48,436 nt of DNA from an uncultured Candidatus Saccharibacteria bacterium (GCA_964483915.1 CAZADL010000004.1:1-48436), one strand, 5' to 3'; positions 37,734 through 47,485 are shown, counted from the first letter of the stretch. The notes: generated from the letters alone by a model not told the origin. A program made the numbers and translations.

Positions 37734-38381
37734 ATGCAACTACAAGAATTCCTACAAGACCTCAACGCACGAATGTCGGCGGCCAAGACCACCGGGTTTT
37801 GGAGTGAAGACGATAAAAAAAGATGGATTAATAAATCCATTATACGGGCATGCAACTTTGCCAAGTGGAATTTTCTCAATCACCACTCAACCCAGCTGAC
37901 CGAAAAAGACATCGAGGCATACTTCCTTCCCTTTGACTATAAGCCAGGCGGGATGATGTTCATCAAAGTCGACGGTCAAGAGCATGCAAAAACGAGCGTT
38001 GAAAATTATCAAAGTGGAAATCATGTGTGGGAGCGAGTGTTCTGCATTCTTGGCGACCAGTACCTGATCAAGCCCACGCCGCTCGAAGACGGCAAACTCA
38101 TCGACATCTACTACCGCAGACGTCCGATTCCGCTGGTGAATGACACAGACGAACCGATCACTCCTGAGGAAATGGAAGAAGCGATCATCAAGCTGGCTCT
38201 CGGCATCTGCCTTAAGAAAGAGCCGAACCGTGGTACGGATGCTGACAAACAAATTCTTGAAGCGACCGCAATCCTTCAGCAAATAAAAGATCGCCAAGAT
38301 GAGGAAGGTGGAGAGGCCGGATTCGCCGGCCAAGCAACAAGCTCACGCTTTCTCTATAAAAATAGTAATCCGCAGGATTAA
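37734..38381 (+). CDS. Putative head-tail adaptor / tail tubular protein A
   Basis: KRWINKSI...YFLPFDY...IKPTP...IYYRRR pattern; position. Confidence 0.6.
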   Translation: MQLQEFLQDLNARMSAAKTTGFWSEDDKKRWINKSIIRACNFAKWNFLNHHSTQLTEKDIEAYFLPFDYKPGGMMFIKVDGQEHAKTSVENYQSGNHVWERVFCILGDQYLIKPTPLEDGKLIDIYYRRRPIPLVNDTDEPITPEEMEEAIIKLALGICLKKEPNRGTDADKQILEATAILQQIKDRQDEEGGEAGFAGQATSSRFLYKNSNPQD

Positions 38382-38386
38382 AAGCT

Positions 38387-39829
38387 ATGGCACTTAACGC
38401 ATACAGAATAAAAGGTTTCCGCGGAGGTATCGCAGACGATGCCTATAAGGGCGTGGCCGGTGCGTTCAGGTTCGGCTACGGCCTCGATATTCGAAACGGT
38501 GCGGACACGCTGAAGTGCAATCAAGCACTTGAAAAAGATTCCGGAAGTGTTGTCACTGACCTCATCTTGTTTTTCGTTCCGGCTTCAAACGGCAAACTGT
38601 ATGGGTTCGGCAACACCGGAAATATCTACAGCAAAGATACACCCACATCGGCATGGGTGCTGAGATACTCCGATCCCGACGGCAAGATCATGGGCGCATC
38701 TGAGTACACCAATAACAACGGGTCCGGAAGTTACGTGCCGTACCTCTATTGGGCAACCGAGACAAAGCTCAAACGTATTCCGTTCTCCGGCTCGTTTCCC
38801 GGAGGCGTGGAAACATTCGGCACATTAAACGGCGATCCAGCATGGCACACCATGACGATAGCGGTTGGCGTTCTCCAGATTTGCGACGGCCGATACATCG
38901 CACTGGTGGATTATGAAGGCAACTTCAACAATCAAGCACTCGATCTTATCGCGGGCAACCGCACCAAAACTTTACTACCTCAGGATCAGATCGCGATTAT
39001 CGGTTCGACCAAAGGCGACAAGATCGAAGAAGGCTGGCTGTGGACATGGGATAAACAGCAACCCTCATGGATTCTCCGCCGAATGATTGCAGAAAAGGGA
39101 GTGAACGCGATGATCCAAACCGACTTCATCATGGTGCAGGCAGGCATCAGCGGGGGACTCTACTACTGGGACACGGTAAACATTTTGCGTTTCAAAGCAT
39201 TCCCCGGCGGCGGATGGGTAAATCCCGGAGCGGCAGCCAACCTTAAAGGCGTAGCTCTAATGGGAGTAACGGGCTCAGATAAATGCGGACTGTATTCCTA
39301 CGGACGGCTAAGCAAAAACGAACCTTATTCGATGAACCTCGAATATGTTCCTTCACACGGCAAACTCACCGGCGTTGAAATTGGCGCAGTGACGGTATAC
39401 GGAGATCAGCCCTTCGCATCGTGGAAAGACGGATCAACTTACGGCGTGGATACAGTCGATCCTGACAATAAAGCCGACGCACGATATGAGGGACTGGTCT
39501 TCGATGCTGGCGAACCAGAATTACAGAAAGGCTTCCGTCACATCAAGCTTCTAACCAAGCCTTTGCCTTCTCAGTGCTGGCTAAAAACTTATTACCGCAT
39601 TAATGAGCAGGGTGAATGGAAGCAGGCATACCTCGAAGACGGAGCAGACAGCTTCGACAAAGAAGGCAATACCAAAGTGGTATTCACGGTCGAAACCGGT
39701 GACGAGGAGGAAGAAGAAAAAGGCAAAGGCGAGACATTCGAGCTGGCGTTTGATTTACACCCCTCAGGGAACAACACGCCAGAGATTGTCGCAGCCAGCA
39801 CCTACTTCGAACCAATAGGAATCTTATAA
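38387..39829 (+). CDS. Putative tail nozzle/stabilisation protein (beta-propeller-like)
   Basis: N-terminal GFRGGI, beta-rich body, C-terminal FDAGEPELQKGF; position. Confidence 0.6.
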   Translation: MALNAYRIKGFRGGIADDAYKGVAGAFRFGYGLDIRNGADTLKCNQALEKDSGSVVTDLILFFVPASNGKLYGFGNTGNIYSKDTPTSAWVLRYSDPDGKIMGASEYTNNNGSGSYVPYLYWATETKLKRIPFSGSFPGGVETFGTLNGDPAWHTMTIAVGVLQICDGRYIALVDYEGNFNNQALDLIAGNRTKTLLPQDQIAIIGSTKGDKIEEGWLWTWDKQQPSWILRRMIAEKGVNAMIQTDFIMVQAGISGGLYYWDTVNILRFKAFPGGGWVNPGAAANLKGVALMGVTGSDKCGLYSYGRLSKNEPYSMNLEYVPSHGKLTGVEIGAVTVYGDQPFASWKDGSTYGVDTVDPDNKADARYEGLVFDAGEPELQKGFRHIKLLTKPLPSQCWLKTYYRINEQGEWKQAYLEDGADSFDKEGNTKVVFTVETGDEEEEEKGKGETFELAFDLHPSGNNTPEIVAASTYFEPIGIL

Positions 39830-39833
39830 AGCT

Positions 39834-40943
39834 ATGAGCGAATTCTTGCAAAAAATATTCGGCAACCAAGAAGTGGACGATCAGCCATTTCCGGAAGTTC
39901 CGCCGCACACCCACGACGGACAGAATTCGCCATTGCTCGCACCCTCATCGATTGACTCCGTACAGATCAAGTCCGGAGCGATTGGAACTCTTGCCTTGGC
40001 TGACGATTCGGTCAGCTCAGCAAAAATAATTGATCAAGCCATCCTTACCGAGCATCTCGACGCGCTTGCGGTTACCGAACAAAAACTCGCAAACGCTGCG
40101 GTGGCCACGGCCAAAATAAAAAATGGCTCGGTTACCGCATCAAAATTAATCCAAACCGAAGCAGTGGTGACCCTGTCTGCTCAGATAGAAGATGCCGTGA
40201 TCATATCGGCTCATGTCGGCACAGGAGTAATTCAAAACGCCCATCTTGGCAACGCCATCGTCACCAACGCGAAAATAGTGGATGGAACAATCCAGACGGC
40301 CAAAATCGGAGACGCTCAAATCACCTCGGTAAAGATAGGAACGGCGGAAGTAAAAAACGCCAATATCGAAAATTTGGCCGTGAGCGCGGCAAAGATTCAA
40401 GACTTGGCAGTCACCAACGCAAAGATAGGCAACCTCGCGGTCGACGATGCCAAGATCGGCAGCGTCAGTGCGACCAAGATCACGGCAGGGCAAATCAATC
40501 TGACTTCGACCGGATATCTTTCAACCCCATACGGCGGCATAAGAATCGGCTATCTCCGCGACATAGGCGGGACACCGATTTACGGCATTCAGGCAGGGCC
40601 GGGTCACGGATTGATGCTCGACGACGGTGCGAACGGATACGCCCGAATGTGGGTCGACACTTCGGGTAACCGGCCGCTTGTCATAGACACAACCGTAAAC
40701 GACCGCATCTTCTTCAAAGCATCGAGCGGAAACGACATTCTGCGCCTCTACGGGAACAACGCAATTTCGGGAGGCTTCGTAGATGTCCAAACATCGTTTC
40801 GAATCGGAACAAATGAACCAGCCAGCCCTGCAAACGGCGAGATGTACTACGATCCCAGTCCGAGCGGAATGGGATCGGGCGGCCGCCTCATGATTTACAA
40901 CGGGTTCAGCTGGCATGCAGTCGCTTGGTTCGATGACATCTAA
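39834..40943 (+). CDS. Tail fibre/spike-like protein with ~10-aa AVTxAKI repeats
   Basis: Repeated (A/S)V(T/S)xxK(I/L); HTHDG motif; C-terminal NGEMYYD. Confidence 0.65.
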   Translation: MSEFLQKIFGNQEVDDQPFPEVPPHTHDGQNSPLLAPSSIDSVQIKSGAIGTLALADDSVSSAKIIDQAILTEHLDALAVTEQKLANAAVATAKIKNGSVTASKLIQTEAVVTLSAQIEDAVIISAHVGTGVIQNAHLGNAIVTNAKIVDGTIQTAKIGDAQITSVKIGTAEVKNANIENLAVSAAKIQDLAVTNAKIGNLAVDDAKIGSVSATKITAGQINLTSTGYLSTPYGGIRIGYLRDIGGTPIYGIQAGPGHGLMLDDGANGYARMWVDTSGNRPLVIDTTVNDRIFFKASSGNDILRLYGNNAISGGFVDVQTSFRIGTNEPASPANGEMYYDPSPSGMGSGGRLMIYNGFSWHAVAWFDDI

Positions 40944-40986
40944 CAATAAAAGGTCGATCAATTAAAAACCAATTGGCATCCATACC

Positions 40987-41199
40987 ATGTTTACAAAAAA
41001 ATTAGACAAAACAGACCTCGAAGAACTCCGCAAACGGCAGGAGATGATTCATCAACACCATCTCATCACGCAGGCTTTAGAAGTGCAAAAACAGCAATAC
41101 ATCATGAGTCGCTTTCCCAAGTACAGACTCGATCCGAACAGAAAGTATGACATTGACTTGAAAACTGGCCGGATCACGGAAGCCAAACCAAATATATAA
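40987..41199 (+). CDS. Small hypothetical protein
   Basis: 70-aa ORF with GGTCGA leader. Confidence 0.6.
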   Translation: MFTKKLDKTDLEELRKRQEMIHQHHLITQALEVQKQQYIMSRFPKYRLDPNRKYDIDLKTGRITEAKPNI

Positions 41200-41203
41200 A
41201 TCT

Positions 41204-42301
41204 ATGGCTATTGACTGGACACAATTTGAAAAGCAGTTTGCGGATCTTCGCAAAAGCTTCGCCAAGCCGACATCGGCAAACGCACCGGATGGAACAGACT
41301 CGGCCGGCGGCTACGATTTGTCATCTCTTCAGACTCAGATCGGCACGGCTCAGCAAAAACTGGATTCAGCGCAGAGCGCGCTCAAGAATTATTACACGAC
41401 CCGCTACGATCAAGAGTACAACACGCGTGGCCTTGGGGACATTAAAACAAAAATCGCAAATCTCGATTCAAAAATTGCGGGTGAAAAAGGAACTCGCGAC
41501 GAGTCAATCAGCAAGACCAGGCGCAATCCGTACTATTCGGCGGCAACAATTACAGGCGAGTCCTCGGAGATCGAACGGCTGGCAAATTCCACGATCAATA
41601 ATTATGTGGACGAGCGAAACAGTCTCGCGGGCGACTACAACAGCACACTCGACGAAGTAACCAAAAAGGTGGCGGCTGAGACGGGCGAAAAAGAGCGCGA
41701 GGTCGACGAGCTTAAATACAACCTGGCCAGTCTGACAAAGCAGATGAGCGATTACAAAGACACGCTTCGCAGCGAACTAGATCGTGAGAGTGAGGATCAG
41801 CATTGGGAGGCGGAATTTATGCTCAAGCTCCAGGAGGCCGATCAAAGGGCAAAAGAGGCATCCAGCGGGAACGGCAACAGTACGGCCAGTGAAAGATTCT
41901 CTGCCCGAATAGATCAGGGCTTGGAGCCCGACCCATCTCTAAGAGCCACAGCTGAACGCTTGATGAGCCAAGGCATCAATGATCCGACTCGATTGGGCTA
42001 TAGCGGCGACTTGGCGGTTCAGCTTGAATCTGAAATTGCATACCTAAGAAAACAGTCGCCTGAAAAAGCGTCAGCTCCGGCCCAGACATCCGGCACGACT
42101 GCCGAGAGCACTTTCAGACGAGAAGTACGCGACGCATGGAAAGAAGGATACAACGCTGAACAGCTGAAGCAGGTATATGGAAGCGTCCAATTCAGTGATT
42201 CGAAGAAGTCTGCATCTGAAATCATTGACGATGAATGGCGAATTAAAACCGCAGGAGGCGTCGGTGGGTTCCTCGGACGACTCTTCCGTATTGGAGTCTA
42301 A
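41204..42301 (+). CDS. Putative internal virion (ejection) protein
   Basis: Coiled-coil rich; lies between tail gene and the large internal protein. Confidence 0.55.
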   Translation: MAIDWTQFEKQFADLRKSFAKPTSANAPDGTDSAGGYDLSSLQTQIGTAQQKLDSAQSALKNYYTTRYDQEYNTRGLGDIKTKIANLDSKIAGEKGTRDESISKTRRNPYYSAATITGESSEIERLANSTINNYVDERNSLAGDYNSTLDEVTKKVAAETGEKEREVDELKYNLASLTKQMSDYKDTLRSELDRESEDQHWEAEFMLKLQEADQRAKEASSGNGNSTASERFSARIDQGLEPDPSLRATAERLMSQGINDPTRLGYSGDLAVQLESEIAYLRKQSPEKASAPAQTSGTTAESTFRREVRDAWKEGYNAEQLKQVYGSVQFSDSKKSASEIIDDEWRIKTAGGVGGFLGRLFRIGV

Positions 42302-42308
42302 AACTACT

Positions 42309-45300
42309 ATGAACTTCTGGAACAAAATAACATCACCCTTCAAGAAAGCAGCCGAAAAAACAAAAAAGACTATCGGCGACTTTTTCGCACCCGTACCCGA
42401 CCAAGTACGTGTACGGGACTTTGTGCGCGAGTTGCCGGGGGCAACGAAGACAGTCGGAACGGCGGTCTTGAATTTTGGCAAAGACGTCCTTCGTGCTCCC
42501 AATCGCGCAGCGGCTTCGGCGATGCTCTCGCTTCAGGATCAAAAAGAATTTATACCTGGCACAGGAGTGGCTCCGAAGCTGGAAAAGTTCCTTATGGGCG
42601 ATAAGCCTATTAAGGACATACGCGGAACCGGAGAAGAAACAATTAAAACATTCGGCGGTAGCGAGAAAGCTTCAAAGAAGTATGGGCTGCCACTCGGTTT
42701 TGCGTTGACTGCACTGGATATTGTCCCCGGTATCCCGAAAAAGAAAGTAGCGGAAGAACTCGGCGAACAACTCATTAAAAGATACGGCGATGATGTTGCT
42801 AAGCTGATTGTAGAAAAAGGCGGGAAGAAACTTGCTGAACAAGCTATTAAAGAAGGCGGAGAAAAGCTCGTAGAAAAAGCAGGCATCGCCATTGCTAAAG
42901 AAGCGAAGCCGATCACGGAAGCGGTGAAGACCGCAGAAGAAGTTATCAAATCAGTGAAGCCAGTCAACTACATTGAGAAAGAAGGGCGCAACCTGATGGA
43001 ATTTGAAAATGCCGATCTGTCTTTGCCTGAGCTTAAGCGAAAATTAGAAATAGCAGTTGAAGGTAAAGAGGGCGACGAATTATTGGGCTTAATGAAAAAG
43101 GATATTGAAAAAAGAGAATCAGAACTTATTGATCTGGCAAAAAAAGACAAAGGGGTATCGGATCAAGGCGAAGAATTTATAAAAGCCCGCGAACAGGCGA
43201 TCAAAGAGATTGAAGCAGGCACACCCACCAATCGCACTTCGGTGGCGGAAGGCGCATTGGATAGTGTCAATTCAAAAGGACACCCTGTTATAAAGGCAGG
43301 AAAGAAAGCAGCACCGCCAAAACCAAGGGCTGACGAGCTTACACCTCCGCCCCCAACCCCTCCTCGCACACCAACCGAAGTGCCATTATCCGGAGTTCCG
43401 GATTCCCCAAAGGGGAGCGCATTGGAAGCCATCGATGGCATGGTTGGAAAGACCAGCACGCCAAAGAATTTGCTCGAGTGGATAAAAGGTGTACCAAAAA
43501 AATTCACCGAAGCATTCAGCGATCGCTTTGCCCCAATCAAACGGTTTGAGGAAATGGTGAGCGACATGGCTGGAAAGCCGATCGATATTAATTCAAGCGC
43601 ATACACCGCAGCGAGAATGTACGCGGGGCGCATGGGAACGGTCGAGTCATTCTTAAACGATCTCCAAAAAGTTATTTCGCCATTGAGAAAAGAGCGTGCT
43701 GATTTTACTCGCTTTGTTTTGTCGCGCCGTGCTCTTGAACGAGCCGAACGCGGATTCGCCAACCCAGCCGGAGTCACGGCTGATACCGCAAAACAGGCAA
43801 TGGATGAGCTGAAAACAAAAGTTGGTCCCGGTATCTTCAAGCAATTCGAAGCGGCAGAACAAGCGATACAAAAATGGGCGGACGAAGCAATTCTTAAACC
43901 GGCCGCAGAATCAGGACTCATATCGAAACAGGCATACAGTTCGATCGTAGCAAAAAATAAACACTGGATTCCTTTTCAAGTCCTTGATTATTTACCAGAC
44001 TCCGCATTTGTGGACAGTTTGCCGAAAGGCGGCGAGATCTTCTCGGTAAGCAAGCAGGGCATAGTAAGAGGACTTGAAGGCACAGAGAAAATAATCCGCG
44101 ATCCGTTCGAGGCCATCATCGACAAACTATCCAATGCGGTAAATCTTGCCAAGCGCAACGACGTAGCCCGCAAGCTCATCAACATCCGCGAGGTGTTGCC
44201 GGAAGCCAAAGAGCTTATACAGCCGTTGGCTAAAGATGCGCGCGTGCCGAAAGGTTGGGGTTCCATCAGTGTATTCGTGGATGGAAAGAACACGAAATGG
44301 GTTGTGCCCGAAGAACTCTCTTGGGCTATGCATCAGATGAACGAGGTCGAAGCTGGCATGTTGGGAAACTTTGTAAAGTTCACTTCCGGTGCATTCAGGA
44401 AAGGAGCGACCACACTATATATACCGTTCTCGCTTTCCAACGCCGTGCGTGATGCACAGATGGCAGTCATGACTTCGAAATACGGATTCAATCCGGCTGA
44501 CTGGGTCAGTGGCTTTGCCCAGGGTCTCAAGGGGGCATTCGGCTGGGATTCAAAACTGCTTGAAGAATTCAGTCGCAACGGTGGAGGTTTCGGCGGATTT
44601 ATTCAGGGCGCGCGCGAGATCAGCGGGGTAAAAAAACAACTGTTTGAACCCGCATGGTGGAAGCGAACCAAAGCAGTCGTCAACCCCTTCAATCTTATAA
44701 GCAATTTTGCTGAAGCCATAGAGCTCGCGCCTCGCCTTGGAGTGTATAAGCGCGCGCTGAAGGGGGGAGCAACCGGCTTCGAGGCAGCATTTGAAGCCCG
44801 CAACGCTACGATCGATTTTGCCAAAGCCGGTCAAGAGATGCGAATCATAAATATGTGGGTGCCATTTGTGAATGCGCGATGGCAGGCACTGCTCAACACG
44901 GCCCGCGTGTTTAAAGAAAGTCCCGTCAAAGCCTCGGCAAAAGCGGGTGCATTGATCGTTGCGCCGGGCGTGACGACATACTTCTGGAACTCCCTGAATT
45001 TTCCAGACCTCTATGAAGACGTGCCTCGCTGGATCAAAGACACCTATTTCCCAATCATTGTCGGTGAAGAAAAGGATGAGCAAGGCAATCGCGTGCCCAA
45101 GATGGTGCTGATTCCAAAAGGCGACGTCGGGCAGATCTTCTATAACCCGATCGAGTACGCCCTCGACTATGTCCGCAAAGGCGAGCCGAGCAACTTCAGC
45201 AAGCTCGCATTGGAATGGATGAGTCAACTGGCTCCGATCCCATTCACGCGTGATGGAGAGCTATCCGTGACCCAATTCCTTTCCGGAGCGATGCCTCCGA

Positions 45301-46025
45301 TTCTGCGCACTCCAATAGAACTCGCTACGAATCAATCATTCTTCACCGGAGGTCCGATTGTTCCTAGACGCCTCGAACAAGTTTCGCCAACCGAGCAGTA
45401 CGATGAAAAAACACCGCAGGCGGCGGTGGTCGTAGGTCGAGCGCTCGGTGTCTCGCCAATGAAGATGGCCTATGGGCTTGGCGGCCTCCTCGGAGGTTTC
45501 GGCCGTGAAGCAATAGACCCGGCAAAAATTCTGCAAAGCACCGCCAGCCGATTCTACCGATCCGCCGGAGGCGAGAAGCGAAACCAAGCATGGAATCTGA
45601 AAGACGAAGCGGTGGTCGGATACAGCACCGCGCGCGAGCAGGCTAAGCGGGCGATTGAGGAGAATGATATAAAAACTGCGACGGCAATCATTGAAAACTG
45701 GAACGCATCAGCGGAAAAAATATTGCCGGACATTCTGCCGTACCTCGCTCAAGATGATCCACAGGAAGCGCAAAAAATAAGTTCGTCGGTGACATTCCAG
45801 CCGCAAGACATTGCCCGGCTGCAAAGATCGGTCTACGACGAACAAGTCGGGGAAGCGGAGAGGAAAGGAACAACGCCCCAGCTTAATCCGAAGCTGACGA
45901 AAGACAGTCTCCGCTCAATTCGCACAGGCAAAGAAGACCCGCTCCCAACGATCGGACAAATGTTCCCGACTGAGGAACTTCAGCAGACGGACCTGAAGCA
46001 GATGAGGCAGGGATTACGGCAATGA
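42309..46025 (+). CDS. Large internal virion/ejection protein with C-terminal LPD38-like domain
   Basis: About 1240 aa; IPKG...ELATNQSFFTGGPIVP...EQYDEKT...GVSPMKM pattern. Confidence 0.7.
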   Translation: MNFWNKITSPFKKAAEKTKKTIGDFFAPVPDQVRVRDFVRELPGATKTVGTAVLNFGKDVLRAPNRAAASAMLSLQDQKEFIPGTGVAPKLEKFLMGDKPIKDIRGTGEETIKTFGGSEKASKKYGLPLGFALTALDIVPGIPKKKVAEELGEQLIKRYGDDVAKLIVEKGGKKLAEQAIKEGGEKLVEKAGIAIAKEAKPITEAVKTAEEVIKSVKPVNYIEKEGRNLMEFENADLSLPELKRKLEIAVEGKEGDELLGLMKKDIEKRESELIDLAKKDKGVSDQGEEFIKAREQAIKEIEAGTPTNRTSVAEGALDSVNSKGHPVIKAGKKAAPPKPRADELTPPPPTPPRTPTEVPLSGVPDSPKGSALEAIDGMVGKTSTPKNLLEWIKGVPKKFTEAFSDRFAPIKRFEEMVSDMAGKPIDINSSAYTAARMYAGRMGTVESFLNDLQKVISPLRKERADFTRFVLSRRALERAERGFANPAGVTADTAKQAMDELKTKVGPGIFKQFEAAEQAIQKWADEAILKPAAESGLISKQAYSSIVAKNKHWIPFQVLDYLPDSAFVDSLPKGGEIFSVSKQGIVRGLEGTEKIIRDPFEAIIDKLSNAVNLAKRNDVARKLINIREVLPEAKELIQPLAKDARVPKGWGSISVFVDGKNTKWVVPEELSWAMHQMNEVEAGMLGNFVKFTSGAFRKGATTLYIPFSLSNAVRDAQMAVMTSKYGFNPADWVSGFAQGLKGAFGWDSKLLEEFSRNGGGFGGFIQGAREISGVKKQLFEPAWWKRTKAVVNPFNLISNFAEAIELAPRLGVYKRALKGGATGFEAAFEARNATIDFAKAGQEMRIINMWVPFVNARWQALLNTARVFKESPVKASAKAGALIVAPGVTTYFWNSLNFPDLYEDVPRWIKDTYFPIIVGEEKDEQGNRVPKMVLIPKGDVGQIFYNPIEYALDYVRKGEPSNFSKLALEWMSQLAPIPFTRDGELSVTQFLSGAMPPILRTPIELATNQSFFTGGPIVPRRLEQVSPTEQYDEKTPQAAVVVGRALGVSPMKMAYGLGGLLGGFGREAIDPAKILQSTASRFYRSAGGEKRNQAWNLKDEAVVGYSTAREQAKRAIEENDIKTATAIIENWNASAEKILPDILPYLAQDDPQEAQKISSSVTFQPQDIARLQRSVYDEQVGEAERKGTTPQLNPKLTKDSLRSIRTGKEDPLPTIGQMFPTEELQQTDLKQMRQGLRQ

Positions 46026-46187
46026 AGACTTCGGTTCAATCTGCTGGCGCATTTCCCGGAGTTTGTCTGACTGAACAGCATCTCGCACCATCGGGCCGAA
46101 ATTCAACCATAGATAAAGCCCGATGCCGAGACTCACCACCGCAAGCACCGCGACTAGCGCAAATAATCTTTTTTGAGCTGTAGACAT
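46014..46187 (-). CDS. 57-aa single-TM membrane protein (not in the ORF track)
   Basis: MSTAQKRLFALVAVLAVVSLGIGLYLWLNFGPMVRDAVQSDKLREMRQQIEPKSSLP*. Confidence 0.6.
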   Translation of the reverse strand: MSTAQKRLFALVAVLAVVSLGIGLYLWLNFGPMVRDAVQSDKLREMRQQIEPKSSLP

Positions 46188-46234
46188 AGACCCTTGTGTT
46201 GTAGCTTACACTCGGCTCAAAAAGCAAATCCTTT

Positions 46235-46462
46235 ATGGAACACCCAAATTACCAAAACCAAATACAGGACAAAAGGCTCGACAACCTCGAAAAAAGCGTC
46301 GACGAGATCAAGAACAACCATCTGCCCCACATCGATGGGAAACTGACGCGGGTAGGCACCGATGTCGATTGGCTCAAACGGTTTTTCTGGATTGTCGCTA
46401 CAGCCTCGGTCGGCGGGCTTATCGCGGCCTTGCTTAACTTACTAATTACCCTTAATAAATAA
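46235..46462 (+). CDS. Holin-like/XhlA-like membrane protein
   Basis: Coiled coil plus C-terminal TM, directly before the endolysin. Confidence 0.6.
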   Translation: MEHPNYQNQIQDKRLDNLEKSVDEIKNNHLPHIDGKLTRVGTDVDWLKRFFWIVATASVGGLIAALLNLLITLNK

Positions 46463-46466
46463 CGCC

Positions 46467-47048
46467 ATGAATATCATCCAAAAAAAGTCTCCTAACTTCT
46501 GGGCCGGGCGCAAAGGTTATCGACCGGAAGGAGTGGTCATTCACGTTATGGATGGCACGCTCGTCGGCACCGATTCGTGGTTCGCAAATCCAGCTTCGTT
46601 AGTGAGCTCGCACTACGGCATCGGACGAACCGGTGAAGTCCATCAGTATGTGAAAGAAGAAGATACTGCCTGGCATGCAGGCCGGGTAGATGCGCCGGTC
46701 TGGAAACTTATAAAGCCGAACATTAATCCCAATCTTTACACGGTTGGTATCGAACACGAGGGAAAGCCTGATGATGTTTGGACAAATGCAATGAAGCAGT
46801 CCAGCGCAGAACTGATCCGCGAGATTTGCCAACGATGGCAGATACCGATTGACCGCAATCACATTGTCGGCCACTTCGAGATATTTTCGAAGAAGCCGAA
46901 TTGCCCGGCAAGCAATAAGAAAATAATCGACGAACTTGTCGCACTGGCCGGTGGTCAGCAAACACAAACACCACATCTTTCGCAGGTCGAAGAAGGAGTG
47001 AGAAAAATTGAAGAAGGACTCGCACAAATAAAAAATTCCTTAAAATAA
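46467..47048 (+). CDS. Endolysin, N-acetylmuramoyl-L-alanine amidase (Amidase_2)
   Basis: VVIHVMDG, SSHYGI, AWHAG, VGIEHEG, GHFE...CP. Confidence 0.92.
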   Translation: MNIIQKKSPNFWAGRKGYRPEGVVIHVMDGTLVGTDSWFANPASLVSSHYGIGRTGEVHQYVKEEDTAWHAGRVDAPVWKLIKPNINPNLYTVGIEHEGKPDDVWTNAMKQSSAELIREICQRWQIPIDRNHIVGHFEIFSKKPNCPASNKKIIDELVALAGGQQTQTPHLSQVEEGVRKIEEGLAQIKNSLK

Positions 47049-47051
47049 AAT

Positions 47052-47228
47052 ATGGAAATTCTTAAATCCGCGAGCAAAGTTGTATTCGTCCTGATGGCCC
47101 TGGCAACGATCGGCGCGCTCTTCTTGGGCAAAATTTCAGGCGATCAATTTTTGCTTCTCGCTGGAATGGCTTTCTCGTTCTACTTTTCCAATAAAGGAGA
47201 TACGACCCAGCCGTTCGCAGGAAAATAA
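47052..47228 (+). CDS. Small two-TM holin-like protein (not in the ORF track)
   Basis: MEILKSASKVVFVLMALATIGALFLGKISGDQFLLLAGMAFSFYFSNKGDTTQPFAGK*. Confidence 0.7.
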   Translation: MEILKSASKVVFVLMALATIGALFLGKISGDQFLLLAGMAFSFYFSNKGDTTQPFAGK

Positions 47229-47244
47229 AGTCGAAAATTTATCA

Positions 47245-47277
47245 AAAGCCCGGCGTCGCACCGGGCTTTCGTGTTTT
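47245..47277 (+). terminator. Terminator after the lysis cassette
   Basis: AAAGCCCGG-CGTCGCA-CCGGGCTTT followed by T-rich sequence. Confidence 0.7.
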
Positions 47278-47485
47278 AATTGGTCTGACAAATAAAAAAA
47301 TAAGGAAAAGATAAAGGTTCAAGCGACCAAAAATCTGGACTTGTCTGACAACGACTTATAAAATTCAATTACTATGGCTTTCGTGTTTGACTTCCTTGGC
47401 GCGAAGGAATATCTTTCCGTTTGGCATAGCGGTAGACTGGTGTCGACTGGTCTCTCGTCAAACACATTAACTTAAAAATACCTAT

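Noticed and set aside
39960-40490. ~30-bp periodic repeats as a CRISPR array or DGR target
   Set aside because: These are degenerate protein-level AVTxAKI repeats. No identical repeat-spacer units, cas genes or reverse transcriptase are present.
46036-46227. 63-aa minus-strand ORF from the track
   Set aside because: A different minus frame (46014-46187) gives an ATG-started protein with a clear TM helix and is more credible.
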